This document shows positions 17,415 through 26,397 of a stretch of DNA of 64,000 nt, in pieces. Under the pieces are notes generated by a model. That model had not been told where the DNA came from, ran no database searches, and saw nothing but the letters and a program-made list of their open reading frames with translations. A program made the position numbers and the translations under genes. Numbering within the stretch: position 1 is the first letter of the stretch; every line of letters begins with the position of its first letter. The DNA is from Candidatus Micrarchaeota archaeon (GTDB lineage Archaea; Micrarchaeota; Micrarchaeia; Micrarchaeales; CABMGC01). The stretch spans positions 9,829-73,828 of the forward strand of contig JAGWGN010000002.1 in assembly GCA_028867335.1 (NCBI GenBank). Reading direction: 5' to 3'.

Positions 17415-20152
17415 AAAACGGAAATAACGGCAGGAAGGGCCTTTTCATGACGATCCTGGTCCTGATTCTCTTCTTTTTGATACTAGGCGAGCTCTTCTCA
17501 TTTGCGCTCCTCACCATGAGCTACAACAACGTAGACCAGTCATCCGCCCTGGGAGCAAGCTCGCTAAACTACGGCAAGTCGCTCTCGGCCAGCGCGAGCC
17601 TCTTCGCCAATGCGAGCCTAAGCCGCGCGATATACACCCTCGCAAACTACGAGCTCAATGCGACGATGAGGCAGGATAACTTCATAACCAACACAAGCCA
17701 GTACCTTACATATCTGATTGTTAACGGCACGCTTCCTGGCGTCTCCGCAAACAGCATACCGGCAAACTATCTGCTCAAGAACATGGGCAATTTGACGCTT
17801 GCGAAATACAACTCCTCCCTCGCACTGCTTTTAGGCAGCAGTGCCGTCTCGATAAAGGTAAACCAGACCAAGCCTCTGATCTTCCAGGCAAGCCCCTACT
17901 CCCTCTCCGTAAGCTACCTTGAGTACGTCGCCCTCAACTCGACTGGCGGTCGCTTTGTTTACCCAATAGGCGTGAACGCCACGATCTCACTAAACGGCAC
18001 TCCGGACCTCCTCTACTACCAGCAGGGAGTAGCCAGGAACATAAGGTTTGCATCCCTCTCAAACCTCACCTCTGTCTTTCCGGCAAACGTTGCAGCGACG
18101 CAGAATCTGCCCCTGAACGCAACAGCAGGCAACTACCTCGCGAGCATCTACGGCCCGATTTATAACGTACCGAGCGGGGTGACCTGTGCAAACCTTGAAA
18201 GCAGTCTCCCAGCGTCATTCACCTTCTCCCCAAACAACCAGATGCTGATCATCGCGACCCCCAATGCGATCGGGATAACAAACGGGGGCTCTGGACCGAA
18301 CTGCGCGCAAAAGTACGGTGGCCTGATAACATATGCGATAAACAGCGTGGCAAACCCGCCTGCAATGCCCTGGATCTCCTATCCCACAACATCTAACTAC
18401 CTAAGCAATCTCAGAAACGGGCAGCAGGTGCTGCTGCTTGGAAACACCCTCTCGGTTTACAACATACAGAACCTGATAAAAGCAGCATCGAGCGGCTACT
18501 ATTTTGCATCTCCATTTACGCCCTCTTACTTGGACAGGGCACAGGGATCTCTGACAAGGCAGAATCCAAGTGGAATATTCTCATTTGCAAACTACAATCT
18601 GCAGGCGGCCACCTTCAACGGGCCAAACGCATACTCGTATGTGAGCACAGCGAGCAACGCGCTTCTTATGCCAAACAGCATAACGATAAGCCTCTGGGTC
18701 TACAGCCCGAACGTGATGAACACAAAGGACATAATAGAAAAGGGGATAGGGGCCGGGGGCTACCAGTATTTCGTCAGGACCAAGGGGACAGGAACTCCCT
18801 CATTAAACAACTTGGAGCTCGCCTTTGCAAACACCGCCCGCAACTATGACCTTCTTCCCGCATCATCGTCGCTCACCCTCAATTCGCTTGGATGGCATCA
18901 CATACTCCTCTCAGTGAACGACATCTCGCAGATAGGGTACGCATACATGGACGGCGCGCTGAAAGCAACGAACACCCCGTCCTCCGTCGCGTTCGCGCAA
19001 AACTCCAACGCCCTGATGATTGGCGGATCCCCATGGGATGTAGGATTCAACGGATCAATTGCAAATGTCCAGATCTACAACGTCTCTATCAACTCGCAGC
19101 AGGCCGCCCAGCTCTATCAGGAAGGGATATCCGGCGCGCCGCTAAACAACAACGCTCTCGTCGGATGGTGGCCTCTCAACGGAAACCCGGGCGACTACAG
19201 CGGGTACAACTACAACAGCGTTCCGTCAAACACAATCTTCCAGGTGCCAAAGAACTATACGCGCGACAGCATCTTTGGCTACGCCGTCCCCACTGCCACC
19301 TCTGCAATCCCCGGGCTTCTTGGATGCAAGACCCCCTCCCAGTGCTCAAGCTCAAGCGCGGCCCTCGTCTATGCTGGCTATCTCCCCCTTGAGCTGCAGC
19401 AGAACTCGCAGCAGGTTCTCGGACTCAACGGGGTCGTAGGATATCTAAACATCGGTTCAACACTAAGCAACACAGTTGCAGGCGGCTACAACACCGCAAC
19501 ATTCTGGATGCTCTGGAAGGGGATGAATGCGCAGGGCGAGATGCCGATCGAGTTTTCAGGGACCGGATTAGACCTCTACTTCCAGACCGCTAGCTGCTTT
19601 GGCTTCAACACCCACAGTAGCGATATCTGGGGGATAAACCCTACAAACACGCTCAACAAGTGGGTCTTTGTAGCGGCGACCTTCTACAACGGCTACACCT
19701 CAAACGGCCTTCTCTACATCAACGGCGCAAACCAGATCCTCTCGCAGTGCGCTGGCACCCAGCACAGCATACTCGCATCATCGAACGTGAGGATAGGCGG
19801 GGGCTACTCATTCAACGGCTCGATCGCAAACTTCCAGCTCTACAATCAGAGCCTGAGCGCAAACCAGATAGGCCAGCTGTATCGCGAGGGGATAGCCGGA
19901 ACCCCGATTCTCAGTGCAAATCTCGTCGGCTGGTGGCCGCTGAACGGAAACTCAAACGACTACAGCGGCTTTAGCAACAACGCTGTTCCTGCGGGCAATG
20001 TGATCTATACCTCTTTTGCAAGCACGAGCTACAACACGTACAACGCCGTTACGGGCTCATTCACCCTGGGCTCGTACAATGCGCCTGGCGTATCCACGAT
20101 AGTCAGCACGGGGAACGAGTGGCAGTCGATAGGGCTTCCAAGAGCTGGATAA
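17405..20152 (+). CDS. membrane-anchored surface protein with two LamG domains
   Basis: 915 aa. N-terminal anchor GLFMTILVLILFFLILGELFSFALL. Two LamG termini: NGSIANVQIYNVSINSQQAAQLYQEGISGAP..GWWPLNGNPGDYSG and NGSIANFQLYNQSLSANQIGQLYREGIAGTP..GWWPLNGNSNDYSG. Confidence 0.7.
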   Translation: MALKNGNNGRKGLFMTILVLILFFLILGELFSFALLTMSYNNVDQSSALGASSLNYGKSLSASASLFANASLSRAIYTLANYELNATMRQDNFITNTSQYLTYLIVNGTLPGVSANSIPANYLLKNMGNLTLAKYNSSLALLLGSSAVSIKVNQTKPLIFQASPYSLSVSYLEYVALNSTGGRFVYPIGVNATISLNGTPDLLYYQQGVARNIRFASLSNLTSVFPANVAATQNLPLNATAGNYLASIYGPIYNVPSGVTCANLESSLPASFTFSPNNQMLIIATPNAIGITNGGSGPNCAQKYGGLITYAINSVANPPAMPWISYPTTSNYLSNLRNGQQVLLLGNTLSVYNIQNLIKAASSGYYFASPFTPSYLDRAQGSLTRQNPSGIFSFANYNLQAATFNGPNAYSYVSTASNALLMPNSITISLWVYSPNVMNTKDIIEKGIGAGGYQYFVRTKGTGTPSLNNLELAFANTARNYDLLPASSSLTLNSLGWHHILLSVNDISQIGYAYMDGALKATNTPSSVAFAQNSNALMIGGSPWDVGFNGSIANVQIYNVSINSQQAAQLYQEGISGAPLNNNALVGWWPLNGNPGDYSGYNYNSVPSNTIFQVPKNYTRDSIFGYAVPTATSAIPGLLGCKTPSQCSSSSAALVYAGYLPLELQQNSQQVLGLNGVVGYLNIGSTLSNTVAGGYNTATFWMLWKGMNAQGEMPIEFSGTGLDLYFQTASCFGFNTHSSDIWGINPTNTLNKWVFVAATFYNGYTSNGLLYINGANQILSQCAGTQHSILASSNVRIGGGYSFNGSIANFQLYNQSLSANQIGQLYREGIAGTPILSANLVGWWPLNGNSNDYSGFSNNAVPAGNVIYTSFASTSYNTYNAVTGSFTLGSYNAPGVSTIVSTGNEWQSIGLPRAG

Positions 20153-20170
20153 AAATTGTTTTCCCCTTTT

Positions 20171-21160
20171 CTATACTCCGCTTATCGAGCTGAAGATTCC
20201 GCCTATTGCCGCGCCTACCACAAAGTAGATCCCTAGCGCAATTATCAGGAAGACGGGTAGATACCTTATCCCCCTGATCACGGTCCCGTTTGCTATCGCC
20301 GAGACGATGAATGCGCCGAATCCGGAGATCATGACTATCGCGATCAACGCAAAGTTGTGGTATGCGCCCACGGTTATCTGCGGTGCGGACGGCCTGAGGA
20401 ACGAGATTCCAGCGGTTGGCAATCCTCCCGGGTTCTGCGCAAGTATCCCCACCCACACCTGGTTTGTGACCGTGATCATCTGGGTTGTGAGCGCATAGAG
20501 CACCGGCGCTCCGACAAGCGCTGCAAATGCGATGAAGATAGTGTACATGAAGAGCTGTCCGGATATCTCCTTTTGGACTATCTGCTGGTTTCTAAGGTCC
20601 TTTGCCACCTGGTTGAGCAGATCGGTCATCCCGCCTCCGTACTGTAGCGCCTCGATTATCATCCTGATTGTGTGCTTTAGCTCAAGGGAGCGGTACCTCT
20701 TGGCGAGAAGAAGCAGCGAGTTCTGCAGAGTCTCCCCTGCGTAGAGGTTCTTTGTTATCAGCTTTATGTCCTCGCTGAAGAACTTGAACTCAGGCCTTGC
20801 GGCAAAGATCATCGCCTTGTCCAGCGAGATCCCGCTCCTAACGTTCGCAGCGGTTATCTGCAGGTAGTCCGGGAGGATCGACTCGGTGAAGTTCTTCCTC
20901 TGCTCAATCTTGAACTCAAGGTAGAGATAGATTCCTATCTCGTAGAGTATGGCCACGACTCCGCCCAGCAGCCCTCCGATTCCCACGTTGTAGCCCAGCG
21001 CAACCGTGAGGAAGGAGGCGATGAAGATGAAGAGCGCAATCCCGCCGACCACAGCCACCCTGACGAAGCTGTCGACAGTGGTCCTCACTCCGGCGAGGTC
21101 AAGCTCCTCGGATATGAAGACCGCGATGTTTCTTGATATTAGCTTCTCAAATGACACCAT
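20171..21160 (-). CDS. type IV filament platform protein, single T2SS-F domain (FlaJ/PilC/TadC-like half)
   Basis: 329 aa. N-terminal TM pair, a helical cytoplasmic block (LQITAANVRSGISLDKAMIFAARP...LQNSLLLLAKRY) and C-terminal TM helices. This is half the size of a typical archaeal FlaJ/PilC. Confidence 0.65.
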   Translation of the reverse strand: MVSFEKLISRNIAVFISEELDLAGVRTTVDSFVRVAVVGGIALFIFIASFLTVALGYNVGIGGLLGGVVAILYEIGIYLYLEFKIEQRKNFTESILPDYLQITAANVRSGISLDKAMIFAARPEFKFFSEDIKLITKNLYAGETLQNSLLLLAKRYRSLELKHTIRMIIEALQYGGGMTDLLNQVAKDLRNQQIVQKEISGQLFMYTIFIAFAALVGAPVLYALTTQMITVTNQVWVGILAQNPGGLPTAGISFLRPSAPQITVGAYHNFALIAIVMISGFGAFIVSAIANGTVIRGIRYLPVFLIIALGIYFVVGAAIGGIFSSISGV

Positions 21161-21164
21161 AACA

Positions 21165-22214
21165 TCACATCGCGTAAACCGGCCTCGAGCCCCTCATAAT
21201 GTTCAGGAAGACTATCTGCAGGAAGAATATGAACACCAGCGCCGCAATCAGCGTAGTCTGGTCCACAGTGAAGATGTTTATGAAGGTGGTGAGTATCGCG
21301 GCAATCGCGATTCCCATGCTCGGGAAGATGACTCCGAAGAGCATGTAAAACATCGCGAGTGCGTTAAGCCTCTGCCCGTACCTTCTCAGCTCGATGACCC
21401 TCTCCTGCGCAACCTCGTCAAGCACGCTCTGCAGCGCTGCGACGATGTCTGCGCCAGACTTTATGCTCACGCTCGCCTGCAGCATCATCCTCTTGAACGT
21501 CTTGGAGGTGCTCTTGTTGCTCACCTCATCTATCGCCTGCTCTATCGGAAGGCCGAGCTGCACCTGTTCGACCACCTTCGCGAACTCCCTGCTCGCCGCC
21601 CCGTATCCGGTGCTGACCGCAGTCATGGCGTTGAAGAGCGGCATTCCCGATCGCATCCCGATGACTATATCTCGCATTGCAAAGAGTATGTCGCGCTCCA
21701 CCTCGGTCCCGACGTTCTTGCTGCGGTCTATCGGGTACTGTATGAACTTGTTGAAGAGGGCGTAGAATATGGCGACCCCGAGTATTATCCCGAATATCGG
21801 CGAGAGCCCGACCTCGTAGATCGCAACTGAGGTGACCAGGGCGACCATTATCGCCGTAGCGGCAGCGTACTTGAACATCCTCTTGACGAAGTCGTATGGC
21901 GTTGAGCGTATGCCCTGCTCCCTTAGCGAGATCTCAAGGTCCTTGTGCATCGCAGCGGTCTTCGCTATGAAGATCTGGAAGTTGCTGTACTTCTTTCCTG
22001 GGGCCGCTGCCTGCTGCGCAGCTGGCTTTTGCGGAGGCTGCGGTGCGCTCATCTTCTGCATCTCCTTGGAAAAGCTCTGGGGGGTGTAGATGGGCCTTGA
22101 CTTTATCTTGAAAAATAGGAACTTCCTCGGTTTTGTGAACGAGAGCGGCGTCTTGGCAGGCTCAGCGCCCTTGGGCGCTGGCTGGTCGCTACCCTTCTTT
22201 TTAAAGAGCATCAA
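21165..22214 (-). CDS. type IV filament platform protein, single T2SS-F domain (FlaJ/PilC/TadB-like half)
   Basis: 349 aa. Pro/Ala/Gln-rich N-terminal tail, then the same TM / helical block / TM arrangement (FAMRDIVIGMRSGMPLFNAMTAV...ALQSVLDEVAQERVIELRRYGQRLN). Lies 4 nt upstream of its paralog. Confidence 0.65.
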   Translation of the reverse strand: MMLFKKKGSDQPAPKGAEPAKTPLSFTKPRKFLFFKIKSRPIYTPQSFSKEMQKMSAPQPPQKPAAQQAAAPGKKYSNFQIFIAKTAAMHKDLEISLREQGIRSTPYDFVKRMFKYAAATAIMVALVTSVAIYEVGLSPIFGIILGVAIFYALFNKFIQYPIDRSKNVGTEVERDILFAMRDIVIGMRSGMPLFNAMTAVSTGYGAASREFAKVVEQVQLGLPIEQAIDEVSNKSTSKTFKRMMLQASVSIKSGADIVAALQSVLDEVAQERVIELRRYGQRLNALAMFYMLFGVIFPSMGIAIAAILTTFINIFTVDQTTLIAALVFIFFLQIVFLNIMRGSRPVYAM

Positions 22215-22230
22215 AACTCACAAATAAGCA

Positions 22231-22884
22231 TTAGTTATTCGTGTTTAAAAGCCTATTCCCAATATCCGAGAGAAGTTTGTCTCTCGCCGCAATCAGGGGC
22301 TGCTGCGACTCGTCCTGCGGCTTCCCGCGCTGCCTTGAGGCATTAACCCCCGCAATCTCAAGCCGCACTATTTTCAGCTGCTCCGCATCGAGCGCGTTCT
22401 GGTCAAGCGCATCAAGTATCCCCTCAAGCTCGTGCATCTGGTCCTGGAGGGAGAGGCTTGGCAGCACAAGCTTTTTTGTCTGGATCTTCGAGACCCTACT
22501 CTCCACCATCTGCTCGAATCCCTTGCTCACATTGCCCAGCATCTTGCCGACGTCCTTTGCTGCGTCGAGCATCTCTTTGTCTAGCACCCCGATCCTCTTT
22601 TGGATATCCGCCTCGCCGATCCTCTGTCTTATCTGGCTCGCTTTCTCGGCCACGTTGACGTTCGGTACTATCTGCACCTTCTGCGCAGCGGCCTGCTGCT
22701 CTGCAGTGACAAGCATCTCTATCCCGCCTATCTTTTTGCATGCGGTGTCGTAGTCGTATCCCAAGATCTTCACCTGGTCCGCCAGCGCCTGGTTCGCATC
22801 CACGACAAGCACCTTCTGCTCGCTGCCCTGCTCTATCGCTTCAAGCGCCTGCGCAACAGTGGTGTAATCCGTATCCATTATCAT
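22231..22884 (-). CDS. hypothetical coiled-coil protein of the pilus motor operon
   Basis: 217 aa, acidic and helical. 4-nt overlap with the ATPase gene upstream. Confidence 0.5.
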   Translation of the reverse strand: MIMDTDYTTVAQALEAIEQGSEQKVLVVDANQALADQVKILGYDYDTACKKIGGIEMLVTAEQQAAAQKVQIVPNVNVAEKASQIRQRIGEADIQKRIGVLDKEMLDAAKDVGKMLGNVSKGFEQMVESRVSKIQTKKLVLPSLSLQDQMHELEGILDALDQNALDAEQLKIVRLEIAGVNASRQRGKPQDESQQPLIAARDKLLSDIGNRLLNTNN

Positions 22885-24404
22885 TCGCCCTCCTTGCCCC
22901 TGAAGAGGTCCTGCGAGTACGGCGAGTTCTTCGCCACTATCTCAAGCACCCTCGCCTTGTCCTTGTAGTAGTTTGCAACTATCCATCCGACGCTGTCCAC
23001 GTCAAAGAGGTTGTTTGCCACCATCCAGTTCAGCACCGAGCTCTTCTCCTTGATGTCGACTGCGATCTCCCCCTTGCTGTATCCGCCGTAGAGCATCATT
23101 ATCTCGGCGAGCCTTGAGAGGTCGCTTATCTGCACAAACGAGTCGCTTCTAAGGTTCCACCTGTATATGACGTTCGCGTCCCCGGTCTTTAGCATCTCCC
23201 CGAACTCGAGCACCCTTCTGATCCCGAGCCTCCTGTGCCTAAAGAGCGTGACCACGCAGCCGATCGCGTTGAGCAGGAGCTTTGGTATGTTTATCGGAGG
23301 GTTTGACATCCTGATTATAGTGTCCTGCGCGCTGTCTGCGTGCACTGTCCCGTAGACCGCGTGTCCGGTGTGGATCGCCTCAAAGAGCGTCTCCGCATCC
23401 TTCTCGGTTCGAATTTCCCCGATGAGCATGATGTCAGGCCTCTGCCTGAGCGCGTTTATCATAAGATTGTAGAGCGTGATCTCCCCCTTCCCCTCGGGGT
23501 TCGGCTGCCTTGTGGACATTGGCACCCAGTGCAAGAACGATGGAAGCGTGAGCTCCCTGTCGCTTTCCACCGATATCACCCTGTGGTTCTCCGGTATGAA
23601 GACCGAGAGCGCGTTGAGGAAACTCGTCTTTCCGCTTGCGGTCCCGCCCGAGATGAGTATGCTGATCTCGTTCTCAACGCACATCCAGAGTATCGCGGCA
23701 ATCTCTGCCGAGATCGTCTTGTTTGCCATGAGCGCCGGCATCGTCCACGGGTTCTTGGCGAACTTCCTGATTGTGATCGTGTTCCCCTTCTGCGAGATCG
23801 GATAAAGCGTCGCGTTGACTCTCGATCCGTCCGGCAGCTCCGCGTCCATCATCGGCGAGAGGTTTGAGATCTGCCTGCCCACCCTTCTCCCTATCTGCTC
23901 CGCGTCGTCGTAGATCATGTTCTCTTCGTGTATCTTGATGTTGGTCTTGCACCAGCCGAACTTCTTGTGGAAGACCCACATGGGCTCCTTGGAGTTGTTC
24001 ACGACGATCTCCTCCAGGTTGTCGTCGGCAAGCGGAAGCTCAAGGTCCCCTAGGCCGAGCATGATGTTTATGACGTACGCTATCAGTATCTTCTTTACCT
24101 CGGGAGTCGTGCTCGGCAGGTACTTGTCTATCATCAGGTTTGCCGAGGCGATGTATTTCTGGTTAAGCTCGTCTAGATACTCCCTGTCCTCGATCCTTGT
24201 CGGGTCGATCGGGACAAGGGAGAGAAGCTCGCTTCTAAGCGAGACAAGAAGTATTTTCGTTGCCTCCCCCAGGCCAGGAACCGTGACCTCGTACATCGGC
24301 ACGAACTCATTTGGCATCTCCGATATTTTGACGTTGGCCTTGAGCCCGTGCGCGTCAAGCTGGTATTCCTCGTAGGTGTTGGCGTTCCCCTCCTCCATCA
24401 TCAC
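22881..24404 (-). CDS. type II/IV secretion-family ATPase (FlaI/PilB/GspE-type)
   Basis: 507 aa. Walker A SGGTASGKTSFLNAL, then LIGEIRTEKDAETLFEAIHTGHAVYGTVHADS (Walker B / His box region of T2SS-E ATPases). Confidence 0.85.
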   Translation of the reverse strand: MMMEEGNANTYEEYQLDAHGLKANVKISEMPNEFVPMYEVTVPGLGEATKILLVSLRSELLSLVPIDPTRIEDREYLDELNQKYIASANLMIDKYLPSTTPEVKKILIAYVINIMLGLGDLELPLADDNLEEIVVNNSKEPMWVFHKKFGWCKTNIKIHEENMIYDDAEQIGRRVGRQISNLSPMMDAELPDGSRVNATLYPISQKGNTITIRKFAKNPWTMPALMANKTISAEIAAILWMCVENEISILISGGTASGKTSFLNALSVFIPENHRVISVESDRELTLPSFLHWVPMSTRQPNPEGKGEITLYNLMINALRQRPDIMLIGEIRTEKDAETLFEAIHTGHAVYGTVHADSAQDTIIRMSNPPINIPKLLLNAIGCVVTLFRHRRLGIRRVLEFGEMLKTGDANVIYRWNLRSDSFVQISDLSRLAEIMMLYGGYSKGEIAVDIKEKSSVLNWMVANNLFDVDSVGWIVANYYKDKARVLEIVAKNSPYSQDLFRGKEGE

Positions 24405-25630
24405 ACTCCTTTGCCCTCCTCTTCCTCCCCAGCGCCGCTCAATCTGTCAAGGTCCTGCTTGCTCGTCTTCATCTTTGCGTCCAGCCCCTTCGTCCTTCCG
24501 CCGAGTTTGGACACCTTCTTCTCGATCTCGCCGACCTGCACGACCTTCTCGACGTCTGAGCCCTTCAGCATATCGACGCTCTTAAGCTCCCCCTTTAGCA
24601 GGTTCGCCTCCTTAAGTATCGACTCGTGCTCCTTTTTTATCTCGGCAAGCCGTGTGTTTAGGGCTCCGAGCTGCTCGTTTAGGTTCGCTATCTCGCCGAA
24701 ATCCTTCTTCAGCAAAGCCACCTTGTCTGTTATCGACTTCACCTTTCCCTCAGCTAGGGGATAGAGCCTGTCTATTCCCTGCTTCACGTTTGAAATGTTG
24801 TTCTCGATCGCGGTCTTGTCCCTTTCCGCGTCATGCTTAAGCCTTGCGCTCTCCCTCTTTGCGTACTTCTCGAGCTTCTCGTTCTCGCCGAGCTGGTTCG
24901 CCTGCCTCTGCACGGCCTCCTCCAGGGACTTCATCTCCGAGTAGATCCCGTCGTGCATCTGCCGCAGCTGCGCGCGCTTGTCCACTATCATCCTCTCGAA
25001 CTCCTGGTCCAGCCCCCTTACCGATTCCTCATATCTCTTCATCTTCTCCTTGATGTCGCTGACCACCCCCTTCACGTCCGATTGGCCTGTGCTGAAGTTC
25101 TGTATCTTCCCTGCCATCTCCTCAAGGGCGCGCATCTCAGTTTCAAGAGTGGAGGATATCTTGTCCACCCTGTCCTTCTCCATCTTTATGCTTCCGTAGT
25201 GCTTCTCGACCTCATGCCCTATCCTCTCGAGCTCGTCCAAATCCTTTTTCACCTGTCCCGAGTTCTTCTTGAACGAGACGTCTGCAGATGCGGCAATCTT
25301 GCTGAGGTTGGATATCCTCCTGTCAAACTCCTGCAGCACGTTCATCTGCGCTACAAGCTCGGTCTCTACGGACTGCTTCTTTAGGTCCAGGGAGTTTTTG
25401 TAAGTGGCGACATCCACGTTAGTGACAGAGAGAGGCGCGACGAACATCTTCCCTATCTTGTAGGTTATCTTGACGATGTTTGCCTTCTCAAGCACGCTTG
25501 CCCAGTCCTCAACCACCTTTTCGCTTACCTTGAGCTCCTCGGCAAGCTTGCTTTCCTCCATCTCGCCGTGCTTGTTTAGGTAGTCGACAAGCGCATCGAT
25601 GCCAGTTGTTGTTAAGCCCTCCGCCGCCAT
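24401..25630 (-). CDS. winged-helix-like N-terminal domain + long coiled-coil protein
   Basis: 409 aa. First gene of the - strand motor operon. N terminus is GIDALVDYLNKHGEMEESKLAEELKVSEKVVEDWASVLEKANIVKITYK, followed by ~300 aa of heptad-like Glu/Lys-rich sequence. Confidence 0.55.
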   Translation of the reverse strand: MAAEGLTTTGIDALVDYLNKHGEMEESKLAEELKVSEKVVEDWASVLEKANIVKITYKIGKMFVAPLSVTNVDVATYKNSLDLKKQSVETELVAQMNVLQEFDRRISNLSKIAASADVSFKKNSGQVKKDLDELERIGHEVEKHYGSIKMEKDRVDKISSTLETEMRALEEMAGKIQNFSTGQSDVKGVVSDIKEKMKRYEESVRGLDQEFERMIVDKRAQLRQMHDGIYSEMKSLEEAVQRQANQLGENEKLEKYAKRESARLKHDAERDKTAIENNISNVKQGIDRLYPLAEGKVKSITDKVALLKKDFGEIANLNEQLGALNTRLAEIKKEHESILKEANLLKGELKSVDMLKGSDVEKVVQVGEIEKKVSKLGGRTKGLDAKMKTSKQDLDRLSGAGEEEEGKGV

Positions 25631-25651
25631 TTTATCACATACCCTACGCTT

Positions 25652-26395
25652 TTACCCTTTAAATATCTTACTTGGCACTTTTGCCATAAACATCGCTATC
25701 TCATTGCCCACAGCGACCTCGGGCAGTATCAGGCTGCTTATCCCTGCCCTTGTCATCCTGCCGACGTCCTCCTGCCTCTTTATCCTTGCTATTATCCTGA
25801 TCGATGGGTTGAGCTTCTTTGCCTCGATTGCAATCAGCGTGTTCATCATGTCGTCCTCGCCTAGCAGCGTGAGGTGCGATGCCCTCTTTATACCCGCCCT
25901 CTCAAGGGTCTGCTGCTGCGTCGCGTCCGCGTTGATCGCGAGCATCCCCTCGTCCAGCAGCTTGCGCGTCGCGCGCAAATTCGGCTCTATGACGATAAAC
26001 TCCTTTCCGGCGCCCTTGAGCTGCTTTGCAACCTCCAGCGCTATGCCCTCCATGGGCACTATCACAACGTGCCGCGACAGCCTCGCGATCTTTCCCTGCA
26101 CGAACTTCTCGCGCAGGTTTATCCCCCCAAGAAGCTGGTAGAAGACTGTGGTGAGCACTATCGTTATGATCAGCCTTCCCTGGATGTCTAGAGTGGAGGC
26201 GATGAGCAGCAGCGGATTTGTTGGGTCAATCAGGCCGTTGTTTGGCGGGAAGTCCGCCCCTATGATGTTCATGAAGCTCCAAAATACCGAGATGAATGGG
26301 CTCTGCCCTGCGGCAAGCGCAGCAACAACAGAAAATGCGAATATCACAAGAAGTATCAGAACAAGGAACTTCTGTATCGCTCGAAACTCAACCAT
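25652..26395 (-). CDS. membrane protein with RCK/TrkA-N domain (channel-like, degenerate pore)
   Basis: I prefer the start at 26395 (MVEFRAIQKFLVLILLVIFAF...), 2 nt after the upstream stop. Two TM helices flank FWSFMNIIGADFPPNNG. The Rossmann-like segment is VVIVPMEGIALEVAKQLKGAGKEFIVIE. Confidence 0.6.
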   Translation of the reverse strand: MVEFRAIQKFLVLILLVIFAFSVVAALAAGQSPFISVFWSFMNIIGADFPPNNGLIDPTNPLLLIASTLDIQGRLIITIVLTTVFYQLLGGINLREKFVQGKIARLSRHVVIVPMEGIALEVAKQLKGAGKEFIVIEPNLRATRKLLDEGMLAINADATQQQTLERAGIKRASHLTLLGEDDMMNTLIAIEAKKLNPSIRIIARIKRQEDVGRMTRAGISSLILPEVAVGNEIAMFMAKVPSKIFKG

Positions 26396-26397
26396 CT

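Noticed and set aside
21006-21830. 274-aa + strand ORF, and similar long ORFs 49199..50254 (+), 52684..53475 (+), 42525..43355 (+), 6321..7085 (+), 24833..25384 (+), 30589..31476 (-)
   Set aside because: All are antisense shadows of well-supported genes. Their translations are low-complexity (Arg/His/Tyr/Pro- or Ser/Leu-rich), lack motifs, and would require complete overlap with motif-bearing genes.
20171-25630. Archaellum (fla) operon interpretation of the FlaI/FlaJ-like genes
   Set aside because: There are no archaellin (FlaB/ArlB) genes and no FlaF/G/H/X/C-D-E-like genes. The associated pilin-like genes are LamG adhesin-type, so an adhesive pilus or pseudopilus is more consistent.
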